A stretch of 64,000 nucleotides of DNA from Camelus ferus. Taxonomy: Eukaryota. A program made the translations under genes and the position numbers. A model generated the notes under the pieces. The model did no database searches. It had not been told where the DNA came from and was given only the letters and a program-made list of their open reading frames with translations. This document shows, piece by piece, positions 24,294 through 37,949 of the stretch; position 1 is the first letter of the stretch; every line of letters begins with the position of its first letter. The stretch lies in assembly GCF_009834535.1 (NCBI RefSeq), contig NC_045696.1, positions 7,628,001 through 7,692,000 of the forward strand, written 5' to 3'.

Positions 24294-26962
24294 TAGATTA
24301 TCAGCTTTCAGTTATACAAGTAACACATGAATATATTTTCCTTTCATAAGATTAAAAATTACAACTAATATTAACACTCACCCCTGTCCTGATTGTCTCC
24401 TTTGCCCCCACCCTCCCATGCCTCATCCTGCCTTTGTAATTACTGTTGGGAAGTTGATTTGTTTTTTTCAAGGACTTTTAAGTATATTATTATTTAAAGG
24501 TATCTGGCTGTATCTTTCTGTCTACATTTGGATAAAGGACTAAGTTGCTAAATAACAAGAAACCCAACAGTAATTTGGCTTTCAGTTCTGCCTCTTGTGG
24601 TAGCCCAGGGTAAGTGGTCCAGGTCTTTGGGCTGCCACATTGCATGCAGTCATTCGAGGTACCAGGCTGACAGTGGCTTGGCATCTTTAACATGTGGCTT
24701 TCTAGGTCAGTCTGGTCATTGCTATTCCAGCCAGCGGGAAGGACAAAAGGCTAGAAAGAGTGGACCAGAGATTTTCTCCTAAACAAATGAGGCTGGAGTG
24801 ACACATTCTCACCTTCCATTGTCAAGAGCCTGGTCCCCCCCTCCCCCAGCCTGCCTGAAAGGAGGAGGGTAAGGAGATGCTCAGCATAGCCAAGAAGAAA
24901 GGGAGACTGAATCTAGGGTGACTGCTCTCTGCTCAGTTGCTGCATTTGTTCTGTCATTCAACTCTGCATCTTGGAGACTTCCTGTTATGGCATATTGATA
25001 CAACTTTCCTTTTAATGACTGCATAATATTCCACAGCAAGAGCATACTACTGGTTAGCAGTTTCCTTTTTAGTGGGTAACTGGGTGGTTTCCACCATTTG
25101 TTCCTAGAATCACTGCTCACTGTGAATGTGTGCAGAGTTTCTTGTTAATGGGAACTGGTCATGACAGATGTGTCTTTAATTTGGATAGTCTTTGGTAACT
25201 GCCTGCCTGCCTGCCCAACTGAGTGGATATCCCAGTTTTCACTTGGGGTTTCAGAGATCCTATTTCTCTACAACAGCCAGGCTGATTCTTGCATCTTAAT
25301 TCAATAGTAAGGGAGAGTAACCATCATCCCCCCCACCAAAAAAAAAGAAAAGAAAAATGAAACACTATTATGAAATATTTCTTTGGAGAAATGTTTATTA
25401 TTGAGTAGATTCATTAGAGCAGAACACTTTTTAAAAAACTGCTCAAGTTCTTGGCTTTGTTTTATAGCCAGCATCTAATACTACTTTATTTCTACTTAGT
25501 TACCCAATTTAGTAACAATTTAAAAATTTGTGGTTGAAGATGATGGTTAAAGATGAAACCAAAATATATAAAGGAAATGAAAGTTACCTTTTGATTTAGA
25601 ACCAGTTGCCTTAGAGCAAGATTGCTTTTGAGGAATTTATGGTCGAAGGAATGTGATCCCTGTGTTTCCGCTATGGATTTGCTCAAATCATGAAAATAGT
25701 CATCTAAATTAGAGGGATTCCACCTTTCATTGAGTGAGAGGGGAGATCTAGTGCTAATGCAACAACTTATATCTAGTCAAGTAAGTTTAAACCTGCAGAA
25801 ATCTGTACCATTTTTGTAGACACACTTTTACACCAATGTCATATGAAGTGTAATAACATTGTTGAAATGGTTATTTCTTTAATTATAAGATAATGTTTAT
25901 AATCATCTTTGTGTTTGTTAGTATGTTTATTTCTGAGTATATCTTACTTTTAAATCTTAAATTTCATTTTTGAAAAAAGATGGATTTCTCTAAGTTACAG
26001 GTTATTGATTTAATTTTAAGCATTTCTACCCTTTCCTTTACCATTCCCTTCCCCCAGCCATTATCCAGAAACGTCAATGTATTATTACTTTGTACTACTA
26101 ACCAAACTAATTTTGTCCAGATTGAAAGGTTATAAAATTTATGCAATTCAGGTTCACAAAAGTAAGACAGCACATGTGAATTCAAGAAGCTGTTAGTTAT
26201 GAAGCGCTTTTCCTTTCTGAAAGGAAAGTAGTTTTAAGCTTCATTGAACGGATCTATGAAAAAGGTTGAGTATTATTTTACAATAATTTTAGACTTTCAT
26301 GACTGGAAATTAAACGCAGCAGTTTTAGAGGTCTATTTTACTTGAACTTTTACAAGCTTAGGCCATGTTTTTATTAAAAAATCGGACTCAGCACCTTATA
26401 TGGAGTACAATACCAGATGTGAGATACAAGAGAGATTGCTGGGGCCACCTGCTTACTGTGTATTAGAAACTCGTGTGGTAGCTGATGTCATACAAAGTGC
26501 GTATGATAGGAAATAATTTTGAGTTATTAGACCGTATCAGAATAGTAAGGATCACTGATGGTGGGGGCTCAGAATTTTCTATCACATTTGATTGTTTGGA
26601 AAAGCTTGGGTCGAAATGCTCTGCTGTGGAAACAACAACAACAGAAACAAGTGCAAAGACAGGAGAGATTTTGTGGATGTGTTTGAGGGGAAGCAGGAGC
26701 TGGGAAGGAGGCAATGGAAAAGGCAAACTTAATTTGATGGACTTGATGTGGCACATGGCAGGGTTCTAATTTGCAGGTCTTTTCTCTATTACAATTTTTT
26801 TCCTTGTTCATTTTTTCTTGTTTTCTAATGTTTTCTATACTTTTCCACCTTTGCTTTGTTCCTGCTTCCCTGTCCTTTCTTGGCTTTGATAGGAACAAAA
26901 CTTCCAGTTCAAGGTTTAACCTGAGTGGAAGACCCAGGAATCTGTAAACATGTGCCTTGGAG

Positions 26963-28157
26963 CCGTGGTCTTTGAAGTGGGGGCACTTTCTGGGCTACAT
27001 GTGCAGCGGGGCTTAGTTTTCAGACCTTCAGCTTCCAAATGGACAGTTTCCTGAAATTGATCACCCGAGCAAATGCCTGTTATGAGGTATTAGGCGCCCT
27101 CTACCACCCCCTTCATAATTGCCCTTTGCACCCATCCATAATCTTACTATGGATGGAGCCTTTTCTGAGATGGAGCAACCTCTAGGATGGCAAACAAAAG
27201 GACAGCATGAAATATTAATGCGAGAAAGCAAATGACACTGGGTAGCGATTCCTTTTGCATGTCAGGCGGTTTACAGTTCTTTACACAAAGTTGATGGAGG
27301 GCCTGACCAATCTAAAAGATCATTAAAAATAGCTTTTGATGATAGATAAGGGTGTGATTTTGACAAATATGTTGGAAGGAATTTGAAGAATTGAGTGACA
27401 TTGCTCTAATAAAACTCTATTGCTTTGTACTTACTGTGTATGTGAATAAGATTTCTTAGTGTTTATAATTATAAAAATGGAAAGTAGGAATACAATTGAT
27501 ATTGACCCCTGTCTCATTCTAGCTGTAAATTGTATTTGTTTGGGGATACAATTAAGAAAAAAGAAAAAAAAAGGCCTATTCATCTCTTTAAGAGTTGTAT
27601 CTTCAATGGATTTCAAGTTTACATGTGTAATATTTTTATTAAAATTTGAAACTGTTACATTTTTGTCAATTCTGTACTATTGAAATTATAACTAAATCAG
27701 TCTACAATAAAAACATTTTAATATTTAGAGTTGTATGGTCATAGGAAATAAAGTAATTAAAAGTCAATTTTTACATAGTTTTAAAAATTATAAACAATAA
27801 ACAGGTAAATCAAGGAGGTTAAGACTTTCAAGCATAAAATGATTGTTAGGATGAAATTTTGGGGGTGAAATGGAATTCTGTTGAAGGAGAAAAGGAATGA
27901 AAATTTCTGACTAAAGAAGTTTATTCATGTATTTTTTAAATACATGGTGGGTAACACATTCCTGTGGTACTTTGATTCGTTTGAGTATATCTAAAAGAGT
28001 GACATAATAGTTTTATTTAAAATAGTAATCCCAAGTCAGAAATTCCGTCCTTTGCAGCTATCCAGATTTATATGTCACCTTAAATATATGCAAGGCTTCC
28101 ACAGTTTGTTTGCAGTTCTTTTAAGGGGAATGCAAGGCCTGGGTTTGAAGACCATTG
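26963..28157 (+). mobile_element. hAT-Charlie (Charlie7-like) internally deleted element
   Basis: Termini ccgtggtctttgaag ... tttgaagaccattg resemble a CAGTGGTCTTCAAA TIR; residual transposase-like peptide SRNTIDIDPCLILA; 3' end is similar to the reverse complement of 41440-41580. Confidence 0.65.
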
Positions 28158-29309
28158 CTTTTGGGCACATAGCAGAGTTCCATGTGACATGGTAACATTT
28201 CTTAACCTTATCATAGGAAGTTCAGATGGGTGTTGGGTCTTGAGTAGCAAAAGTTCTCCAACAAGAAATAATACAAAGAGAATCTTGAACAAGTTTCAGT
28301 GTTATTTACAATAATTTTGAACTATCTTAGCTGAAAAAAAAATTGGTATGGTGTTTACTGTCACTTGAGTGAACTCTTTATAAGTGCAAATCTGATCCTG
28401 TCCTTTTTTTCCTCAAAAATTTACAGGCTTTACATTTCCTAATCTAGAAAAACCCAACCCTTAGTATGCCAGCGAAGACAGCCACTTGGTTCTCACCTTT
28501 CTTTCCAGCCTTGGGTCTGCTCAGGGCCCTGTGCTTTTTGTTTCGGTTTCACTAGACACCTGCTATTTCCTGAAAGCGATTTCCTGAAAGTGGATCTTTG
28601 AATGTGCTTTTCCCACTGTCTGAATATTTTCCCCACCATTTTCCATCTGATTCATTTCCACTGGACAGTGTTGGTTGGTTCTCTACTCTGGACGCCTCAT
28701 TTATGTCTCCAGGTAGAGCCAGTGGCTCCTTCCTTAGACCTGGTACATCCCTGCATCACCCTGGTGCTTGTGTGTGCTGTGTCTCTCCCTGACTGTGCAC
28801 ACTTGGAAGCAGGACTTGTGTTCATCTGTGCCATGCCACACTGGGTTTGGGAGAATTATGACTGCATGTACATTTTTTAATCATGTGGCATTTGGGGAAC
28901 CTGTGGAGTTAAGAAATGACAAGTGTTGAATCAGGGGCATGGCACAGCTTGCTTGGTGGAAAGAATAATCCAGAGACCTTGGGGCCCCATTTCAGCCATC
29001 ACTGAATTGCTTTCACTTTAGCAAGTCACAAGGCCTTTCCTCTGCTTCCTTCCTCTGTCAGACTTCTAAATGCTTGATCTAGAGGTTTTTCATCTCCTTC
29101 TAGATCTGGAAGCTGAGTTGTAGGCTCTATAGGGCTTGTCAGCCATCTGTGAGTGGGACCGTCACCCAGTCCTCCACTGTGAGACAGGCAAGCACACCAC
29201 AGGGAACAGGAGGGTGACAGGAGCAGATACCAAGCGTTTCTGAACTGATAGGGCAAAATGTGAAATTTGAAAGCATATATAAAGTCTTAGAAAATTTTGT
29301 GAGGGTAAC

Positions 29310-30050
29310 AGATCTGCTCATATGGCACAGGAGGAGATGCCCAGCGTCATCAGCCGTCAGGGAAACGCACATCAGAACCTCAAGCAGTTACTGCCTCACA
29401 ACCATTAAGATGGCTGTGATGAAAAAGACACACAATAATAAGTGTTGTCGCAGATGTGGAGAAATTGGAACCCTCTTCTACTGGAAACACATACCCTTTG
29501 GAAAGTCTGGTAGTTCCTGCAAAGCTTAAACATAGAGTTACGTATGACCCAGCATTTCTACTCCTAGGTACCTACCAAGAGAAATGAAACATATATCCAC
29601 ATAAAACCTTGTATGTAGATATTTATAGCAGCATTATTCACAATAGCCAAAAGGAAAAACAACCCAATAAATGAATAGATAAACAAAATGTGGTCTGTCA
29701 TTATAGTGGAATAGTATTCAGCCAGATAAAGAAATGAGGACTGATACAGGATACAGCGGGAGGAACCTTGAAAACATTGTGCTAAGTGAAGAAGCCTGTC
29801 AGAGAAAACTTCATGTACATGCAATGCCCAGAGGAGGCTAATCTATAGAGACAGGAAGTAAGATCAGTAGTTGCCAGGGGCTGGCATTTGGGGGAAATGG
29901 GGACTAACTGATAATGGTAGGGGGTTATTTTGGGAGGAGTTGATGAAAATGTTCTGGAATCAGACAGTGATGATGCTTACACAACTTTGAGAATATACTA
30001 AAAACCACTGAATGGTGTGTGCACACCACATACAACGTTATTTTCCAAAT
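29310..30050 (+). mobile_element. L1MB-type 3' end
   Basis: atgtggagaaattggaaccct, tttatagcagcattattcacaatagccaaaagg, gaaccttgaaaacattgtgctaagtgaaagaagcc, gaatatactaaaaaccactgaat. Confidence 0.88.
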
Positions 30051-30819
30051 GCTTGAATGTATCGATCGGTTCCAGTTTTCTTTTCCAGCAGCCTTCTTCT
30101 GGGCCTGCCGCACCATTGCCATTTGGAGGTGTCCCCTTTGCCGCCATCCTGGGACAATACTTTGCTGTCTTTTCTGTTGTGTCCTCTCTTTCTTGGCTCC
30201 CATGGCATCCTCCTTTTTGGCTTACTCCCTAGGTTTGCAGGAGTTAGTCAGTTTAAAGATACTTACTGAGCACTTTGACATACCAAGGGCCCTCCCACAC
30301 CGCCTCTCTCCCTTTTCTTGTTCATTGAGGAAAATGAAGCCAGTGAAGCTTCATTTCTTACAATGGATAATTATGCCTCCCCACTTTCTCCCCTCCTCCC
30401 TCAGGGCACAGAGCCCATCCGACGATGCGGTTCTTAGTCACAGGAGTCTCCAGATCTGGGCCCTCTCCACTGACCTGGTGGGACACCATCCCTGCCATTC
30501 TCCTCCTCTGTCAGGGTCCGTGGGTGGGTCACACCTTCTCCTGCATGGCCACCGTGTCATTCTGTACGAGCTGATATGGGATCTCATGGCAGCAGCCTCC
30601 TGTCTCCTACTCCCTTTTGTCGTTGACACTTGATTCTCTACTGCGTGATTCTGTCTGGTTTGGCAAGCTGCCCCTTCCCCAGTGCTCTGTCCTGTTTTGG
30701 ATGCTGTGCAGGGAACTTCTGTTAGTATGACTCTCAGTGAGGCTGTTATGGACAACAGGGCAGTCTTCTTGAGAACCTCATTGCTTCCATCTCCCATTTC
30801 TGTTTTGCAGTTGTTGTAG

Positions 30820-31790
30820 CAATCCTTTAAACTTTTTACTTTGAAATAAAGATGAATATAGAGATTCACCAATTGCTAACAACTTGCCACATTTGTTTTC
30901 TCTCTTTCACTCAGTGAATAAATACACACACACACATGCACAGTGTGTATGTATATGTATGTATGTTGCATGTATATATCCTGGGCCATTTGAGGCTTAG
31001 TTGCAACCATCATGCCCCCATGTCCTCAGTGCTAAGGACAAGACCTTCTCTTACGTAACTACAACGCAATTTATAAAATTCAGCCAGTTTAACGTTGGTG
31101 CGATGCTGTTACCTAACAGTGTGTCTTCACATGTTGCCAGTCGTCCCAGTCATCCCAGGGTCACTCAGTGCATTTACTTGTCATGTCTTTGGAGTCTCCT
31201 TTAACCTGGATTATTGCCCCAGCCTTCCTTCTCCGTCATGGCATTGACATTTAGAGGAATACTGGATTTGATTTGGGCAGGAACATAGCACGTGTGATGT
31301 TGTGTCCTCAGGAGCAGCACACCAGGATGCCAGTCGTCCTGACTGAAAAGGCTAGTTTTGATCACTTGGTGAAGGTGGTGTACATAGATCACCATTTTCC
31401 TTTTGTAGCAAATAAGTAATCCTCGCGGAAATGCTTGGAGGCTAGTCTCAAACTTTCACCCAATAGTTTTATTATGATTCTTGCATGAATCAGGTGGCGA
31501 AAGGGTGAGCTTCTAACTCATTCCTTTGACATTTATTTGTTGACATTCTGTGTAAGAGAAAGCCTTCCTTTCTCATTCTTTATCTATTTATTTATTTCAA
31601 TACAAATGTGGGAATTTTTATTTTATTCAGTGGTTTACAATGTACTAGATGTCATTAATTTTGGTGCTCAAAGTGTGCCAGATTTGCCCAGTGGCAGCCC
31701 CTTCCGGGTAATTCTTTTCTCCTGTTGACAGGCCACAGCATTTCTGAACCATTTCTCATTTTCTGGCTCATCAAGAATCAATTCCTCTTT
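30820..31790 (-). mobile_element. L1MC4/5-type 3' UTR fragment
   Basis: tgcatttacttgtcatgtctttggagtctcctttaacctgg, ttttgatcacttggtgaaggtggtg, ttttggtgctcaaagtgtgccagatttgcccagtggcagccc. Confidence 0.7.
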
Positions 31791-32377
31791 AAAAACTTGT
31801 CTGTTTTATGTTACAACCTATCCCAGTATGCGATAGCATCTTTATGAGCACTGTTGGTTAAGATTTCAAGTTTCCATCATTAATTTCAGAAAAAAAGTTT
31901 TATTGGCCAAGGGGCAGCTTTATTATCCACAGCTGAAGTATGGCCACTGAAGCTTGTGAGACCCATCAGGTCAACATACGTTTTCTAGAACCTGCTTTCC
32001 CACAGTCATTACAGTGGTCTTACCCCAAACTGCTTCCTCATGGCCTTCTGGGGAAAGTAACTGGGTGAGAAATCTGTGAGGGAGAAGAGTTGCTGTTTTT
32101 ATAACTGACTGTTTTGAGGGGGAAGAGAGGATGCTTAGGAATTTTATTTTTATTCTTTATGCTCCTCTATATTTTCTAAATTTTGTACCATGAATATGGG
32201 TTACTTGTGGATTAAGAAAAAGTAATTACCTTTTTAAACAGTTGTTTTTTGAAATCATTATGGATTATGCAAAAATTGAATTCCTGTAAAACTTTCACCC
32301 AGCTTCTCCTTATTTTAAGACCTGACACAACCACAGTACATTTATCAAAAGCAAGAAATTAACTTTGGTACAATGAT

Positions 32378-33089
32378 TGTATTGGGAGTTTCCAAGACCA
32401 CTGCCAGATTCACTGATTTACTAAGAGGACCCACAGGACATGTAGTTATCCTCATGGCTGTGATTTATGACAGTGAAAGGATACAAAGCAAAAAGAGTAG
32501 GGGGAGAAGACACATGGGTGAGGCCTGGAGGATACCAGGTGAAAGCTTCCGAGAGTCTTCTCCCCAGGAATTCACACAGGACACACAGTTCCCCCAGCAA
32601 GGAGCAGCGGCAACAGGTACAAAATGCTGCCTACCCAGGAAACTCACTAGAGACTCAGTGCCCAGGGGTTTTGTTCGTTTGTTTGTTTGTTTAGGTTTTT
32701 TTTTGGGGGGGGGCGTTAATTAGGTTTACGTATTTGTTTTATTTTTAGAGGAGGTGCTGGGGATTGAACCCAGGACCTTGTGTATGCTAAGCGTGCATTC
32801 TACCACTGAGCTATATCCTCCCCACCTAGTTCCTAGGGTTTTTATTAGGGGCTGATTTAGGTAGGCATCCTCTGCCTAGCTCGTATCAAAATTTTAGACC
32901 TCCCAGAAAGATATTTGGCATAAACCGTATTATTTGAACCAACAGTGTAGGCACAGTAAGCCACCCTTATCTGTCAGGAAGTGACAAGAGCATTCCTCAT
33001 ACCCAAGTTCCCAGAAGCCAGTAAAGGACCACCTGCAAGCTTGTCTAAGGATAAGCATAAGGGCTGCTGTATTTACTCTCTTCTTCACA
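32378..33089 (-). mobile_element. ERVL solo LTR (MER68/MER21-group), interrupted by a SINE
   Basis: TG...CA termini (tgtattgggagtttccaagacca ... tactctcttcttcaca); internal gtgaaaggatacaaagcaaaa, agagactcagtgcccagggg, aagttcccagaagccag. Confidence 0.8.
32673..32826 (-). mobile_element. Camelid Vic-1-like SINE, long form
   Basis: gaggtgctggggattgaacccaggaccttgtgtatgctaagcgtgcattctaccactgagctata; degenerate TSD agtgcccaggggtttt/agttcctagggtttt. Confidence 0.9.
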
Positions 33090-34359
33090 ACTGTTAGCCA
33101 GAGATGCAGAACTTACTTGGTTTTATCAGTCTTTCCATGAATGTCCCCTTTCTATTAGAGATCCGGTCCAGGATATCGCCTTTCAGTTGTCATGTTTCCT
33201 TGGTGTCTTCCAGGTGTGACAGTTCCTCTGTCTAGCCTTGTCTTTCATGATCTTGACACTTTTGAAGAGTACTGGTAAGGTATTTTGTAGACTGTCCCTC
33301 ATTTTGGGTCTGCCTGATGTTTTCTCATGATTAGATTGAGCTTATGCATCTTGGGGACGAATACCACTGGGGTGCTGGGCTCTTTGGTGCACCATCACAG
33401 GCGTCTGTGATGTTAACCTTGACTACTAGGCTAGGGTGGTGTCTGCCAGGATTCTCTACTGTAAACTTACTTTTTTCCCTTTGTAGTTAGTAAATATTTT
33501 GAGGGAGATATTTTGAGACTATAATTTACTTTTTAGCATAGAAAATTTCAAATCTATATAGAAGTAGACAGAATATTATAGGGAATGCCCAGGGATTTAT
33601 TGCTTACCATCAGTAATGACCAGGCTGTGGCTAATCTTATTTTATCTATATTCTCACCCCCTTTCCAGCCTCCATCCTGTAGTTTCTTGAAGCAAATACC
33701 AAACAAGAAGAGCTTTTTGGATGCTGAGGAAGGGTTGAAGAGTTACCCTACTCTTTGCATCTTGCATTTTCGCTCCTGGAAGCCCAGTTTTCAGCTCTTT
33801 CACAGCACAATTGCATCTGCCCCCTGAAATTAGCAGTAGGTGTCAGTGGCTCATTCATTCCTTGAGTCTGTGGGTTGGCCTGCCCAGCTCTGATGGACTG
33901 ACTTCACTCCTTAGGTGATCGAGGCAGGAGGGTAGGGTATCTAACTTCTTCGAGCTTCAGTTTCCTAGGCTGTAAACTGGAGAAAGCATACCTAAATTAC
34001 AGTTGTCGTGTGGGTTAAATGAGCTGCGTGACATTCCAGAACAATACCTGACAAGCTGTCCATGCTTAGCTTAAGTATCACGTAGAAGGCACGGTGGAGA
34101 AGAGATTTAGCCTTTACCTCATGAGATCACAAACCAATATTCAGATTATTTTAAGCACCTGACTGTACAAACGCACATCTTTATTGCTTCATGATAGCAG
34201 AGACAGCATTGTTTTGGTAGAAAAGTCATTGATCAGAAACAGGAGGCAGGGCACGAGCTTGTGAGCTGTCACACCCTCCAGCAAGACAGACCTTCCCTTT
34301 CCCACTGCCGCAGGACATGATGATACTGACTGTTTTTAGAGAGAGTGGTACCCACAGGG

Positions 34360-35050
34360 AGATCCACCTCAGCCCCACTAGGACAGCTAAAACCAAAGAG
34401 ATGGATGATGAAAGGTGTTGGTGAGGCTATGGAGAAATTAGAACCCTTGTACCTTGCTGGTGGGAATGCAGAATGGTGCAGCTACTTTGAAAACAATCTG
34501 GCAGCTTCAGAAGTTTAGACATGGAGTTACCATATGTTCCAGCAAGTCTACACCTAGAAAAATGAAACATGTCCACACAAAAACTCCTGCACACACATCA
34601 CTATTCACAATAGCCAAGCATCGCAAGTGTGCTTCATTGGATGAATGGATAAATAAAAATTTGGTCTATTTGTACAATGGAATATTATTAAGCCATAAAA
34701 AGAATGAAGTACTAATACAGGACACAACTTCATGAACCATGAAACGATTATGCTTAGTGCAAGGAGCTAGACACAAAAGACCACATATTGTATCATTTCA
34801 TTTTTATGAAATGCCCAGAACAGGCACATCCACAGAGATTCAAAGTAAATAAGTGGTTGCCAGGGCATGGGGTGGGGAACTGAGGAGTGATTACTCACGG
34901 GTAAAACGTTTCTTTTTGGGTTGATGGAAATGTTCTGGAATTAGGTAGTGGTGATGGTTGTACAACTCTGAATATACTAAGACCACTGAATTTTGCACTT
35001 TAAGGGGTAAACTTACAGTACTTGAATTATATCTCAATATTATTTAAAAA
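34360..35050 (+). mobile_element. L1MB-type 3' end
   Basis: ttgctggtgggaatgcagaatggtgcagctactttgaaaac, ggatgaatggataaataaaa, agccataaaaagaatgaagtact, gaatatactaagaccactgaat. Confidence 0.9.
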
Positions 35051-36124
35051 AAGGTGGTACAGAAATTCAGAAATGTATGTCAGAAGTGATGAAACAGGTA
35101 GGTGCTCTTTAAAAATGAAATGTAATAAACATCTCTTGATGAAAGGGTATTTCCACATCTGGAAACAGCTGAGAGTAGCTTGACAACCCACAAAGAATAA
35201 CAGCTCTAACCACACGCAGGTAAATTGTCTGGGCAAAGAGTGCAGAGGGTTTTGGGTTGGGGGCAGAGCTGGGGAGCTGCTGAGATTGTTGGGGCCTGGA
35301 TTTCCCTGTATTTGCCTTTGTTTGGGCTGTAGAGACACAGCCGTGTTATAAGGTAGGTTATATGTGCTCCTTTTCAACGGGAGACCACATTTCATTCCGC
35401 TTTGTCATATCCTGTCTCTGAGCCCTTAGCCCAGAACCTGGTCAGCATTCCATAAATGTCTGTTGAAATAAAGTGAAGTAATTTTTCTGTCAACATATCC
35501 ACCATTGGGAGAGGTGAAAAATTGAGAAAATGAATAGAATGTGTTTAACTTATTTTCACACTCATTTTATTGAAGCTCTCTGTAAAAATAAACCCATGTG
35601 GATGGTAATTGATTGAGTGATAATTTCTAAGTAGCAGAGTGTTAAAGTAGATAAGTGCCTCCTACTGTGGAGAAATTGCCTGGCCAAAATCTGAACCGCT
35701 GAGGTGTTTATTTTAACACTGGGAAACATTTATTACTCTAAATTTGTTTCCATTCATACACAGCATCTATCATACCAGATGTGCCATGTCTAAAATAGAC
35801 ATGGCTTAAAAAATGCAGTAATCCCCGTATCAGGTGAATTTGTAAGAGAAATAATTTTTCCTTTTTTATTTATTGCCTGTTCCTTCAGCCTCTTTTCCTT
35901 GTAAAATAAAGCTGAAGTTGTAATCTGACTTAGTATATTTGACTTACATTGTAATATTCATGTTAATTTTTGTGTGTTTTTCTCAATTAAAAATAGCTTA
36001 AAATTAAAATTTGAATACCTCAAAATAAAACTTCGACCTGGGGTCTAGTTAACAATGAAACATTAGCAGCTTTCCATGCCCATTGGTCTGACTGGTCCTC
36101 CCCACTTCATTAATTCAATCTCTG

Positions 36125-36370
36125 GTGGCCAGTGTAGGAAAGGAGCATGGCTTCCAGGAGGGGTGTGGTTTTGGGGTCTGATCAATCTGGCTTGAGTCCT
36201 GCTCCACCACTTACTACCTGCGTGACCTTAAGGAAGTTAACACGACTTCTCTGTTTAGCTTCCTCATCTGAAAAATCAAAAATAATAATGCCCACTCAGA
36301 GAAAATAAGATGAAATCAAACACTAAATTTGATACCAGGGACAGAGTGGGTGTTCAATGAAAATTAATGC
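36125..36370 (+). mobile_element. MIR
   Basis: ttgagtcctgctccaccacttactacctgcgtgaccttaaggaagttaa...cttcctcatctgaaaaat. Confidence 0.7.
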
Positions 36371-37309
36371 CTCCCCCTACAGGTGTGACACACAGGCACG
36401 TGTGTGCGTGAATGCAAGGATACCCAGTCGTTCTTGCCCTGCTGTTCTAATCTGAAACCTGCCATAGAGGGGACTGCAGATAAATATTAGTTAAATAAAT
36501 GTGTGACCTGCAAGGAACAATTGTAAGATGCGGCCAAGATCAGTCTTGTCCTCAGGTAGCCACTAGCCTCCTTGGCATGGCTGAGAATTGCTAGACCATC
36601 TTCCCCATCTCCCGTCACCTGAAACACCAGCATCTCCACAGGAGCACATCTGGGAAAGGTGGTTCATGAAGCCCAGCCTGGAGACCACTTATATTTCTTG
36701 TTCAAGATCCTTACAGCTTCAACTAAGACTATATTCAGAAGGTTGAGGAGTACTGTTGGGTTTGTAGTTGGATGCTCTTTAAGCACAAGATAGCCTATAT
36801 TGAAGGCAGTTAATAAAATTTGAACAGTGTGTGGCCGTTATGCAGGGAAGTCATTACACCATTTGGTAACACCATTCTAGCTGCGGTTTTGAGACCAAGT
36901 TTCAAGATGAAAATCCCCAGTATTTATGCTTCTGCAAAGTTTTAGTCCACATAAACAGAAGAACAAGACAGCAACGGTCACCCTGGTCTCCCTTCTTCAG
37001 TATACCCTGCGGGTGTCTGTGGGGTACACGGAGAGCCGAGGGTGCAATGCCAGACCCAGAAACAGGAAAAGCCGGGGAGTTTCAGGAGCATGTTCTGAGA
37101 TGCCTTGGAAAACCAAGTCAGATAAGGGAGAATGTGAGAACAAGAGACAGTAAAGTTCAAGCCACAAACCCCTCGGGCAGTCGTCCCCGCAGATCACCGC
37201 CTGCTGCGGGCGTCCTGAGCCGCCAGGGCTGACGGCTGACGGAGAGGAGGGCTCCTGGGCGGGCTCACTCGGGAAGTGGGTGTTCGTAGACATCTGGTGT
37301 GTGGTGCGT

Positions 37310-37362
37310 GTGCTGCCCCCCGGCGGGCGGGTGCTGCCCCTCCGCGGGCGGGTGCTGCCCCC
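37310..37362. repeat. GC-rich 21-bp tandem repeat (~2.5 copies)
   Basis: gtgctgccccccggcgggcgg / gtgctgcccctccgcgggcgg / gtgctgccccc. Confidence 0.9.
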
Positions 37363-37949
37363 GCACACGTGCCTGACCTGCTCTTTGTCTGCCTGCGCGT
37401 CTCTGCTCAGGTGTCCCCATGGTTCCTACCATCGTGACAGCAGGTGCTGCCGCGTCCCAGGCACCCTCTGTCCGTTCTTTCTGGCCTCCAGATTTTGTTT
37501 ACAACTCCCTCTCCCTGTGACACTCAAACTTCACAAGATCAGGAACTTGTTTACTGCCGATCGCTGGCAAGGCAGGGCTCAGTAAATGTTTGCTGAATGA
37601 GGAGAGGCATTGAGAAGATGCATTTAGGCTGTTTTGATTGTTTCCCCTCGATCCTCTGTTTTTTATTAGAGATCGATCTTTCCAAACTCTTTTTTGCCAG
37701 TCATAGTTCCTTTTAGAAACGAGGCTTGATGATTAAGAGGGTCCCAATTTTCAAGTAATTTCAAGTAATGCTTATTAGCCAGTAGCTACTTTTGGAATTT
37801 TCCGTGTTTTGGAGATGGATCATAAATTACAGATAGATTAAAGAATTAAATATAAAAATATGAAAAAGGAGAAGACAGGAAGTGGATATTTAATCATGCT
37901 TTTGATGAGATGAGATTTTTTAAGATTAAGGGCAATGAATGAGGTTTTT

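Larger units (their letters stand above)
32245..33530 (-). mobile_element. L1MC4-type 3' UTR, split by an LTR
   Basis: acaaccacagtacatttatcaaaagcaagaaattaactttggtacaat before the LTR; gtctttcatgatcttgacacttttgaagagtactgg..tttgtagactgtccctc after it. Confidence 0.8.

Noticed and set aside
30019..30633. Longest ORF in the track (204 aa)
   Set aside because: Starts inside an L1 3' end; no recognisable domain or splice structure; consistent with a chance ORF.
29310..35050. Apparent segmental duplication (similar blocks at 29.3-30.0 kb and 34.4-35.0 kb)
   Set aside because: Similarity is confined to L1MB-type 3' sequence and the flanks differ, so these are independent insertions.
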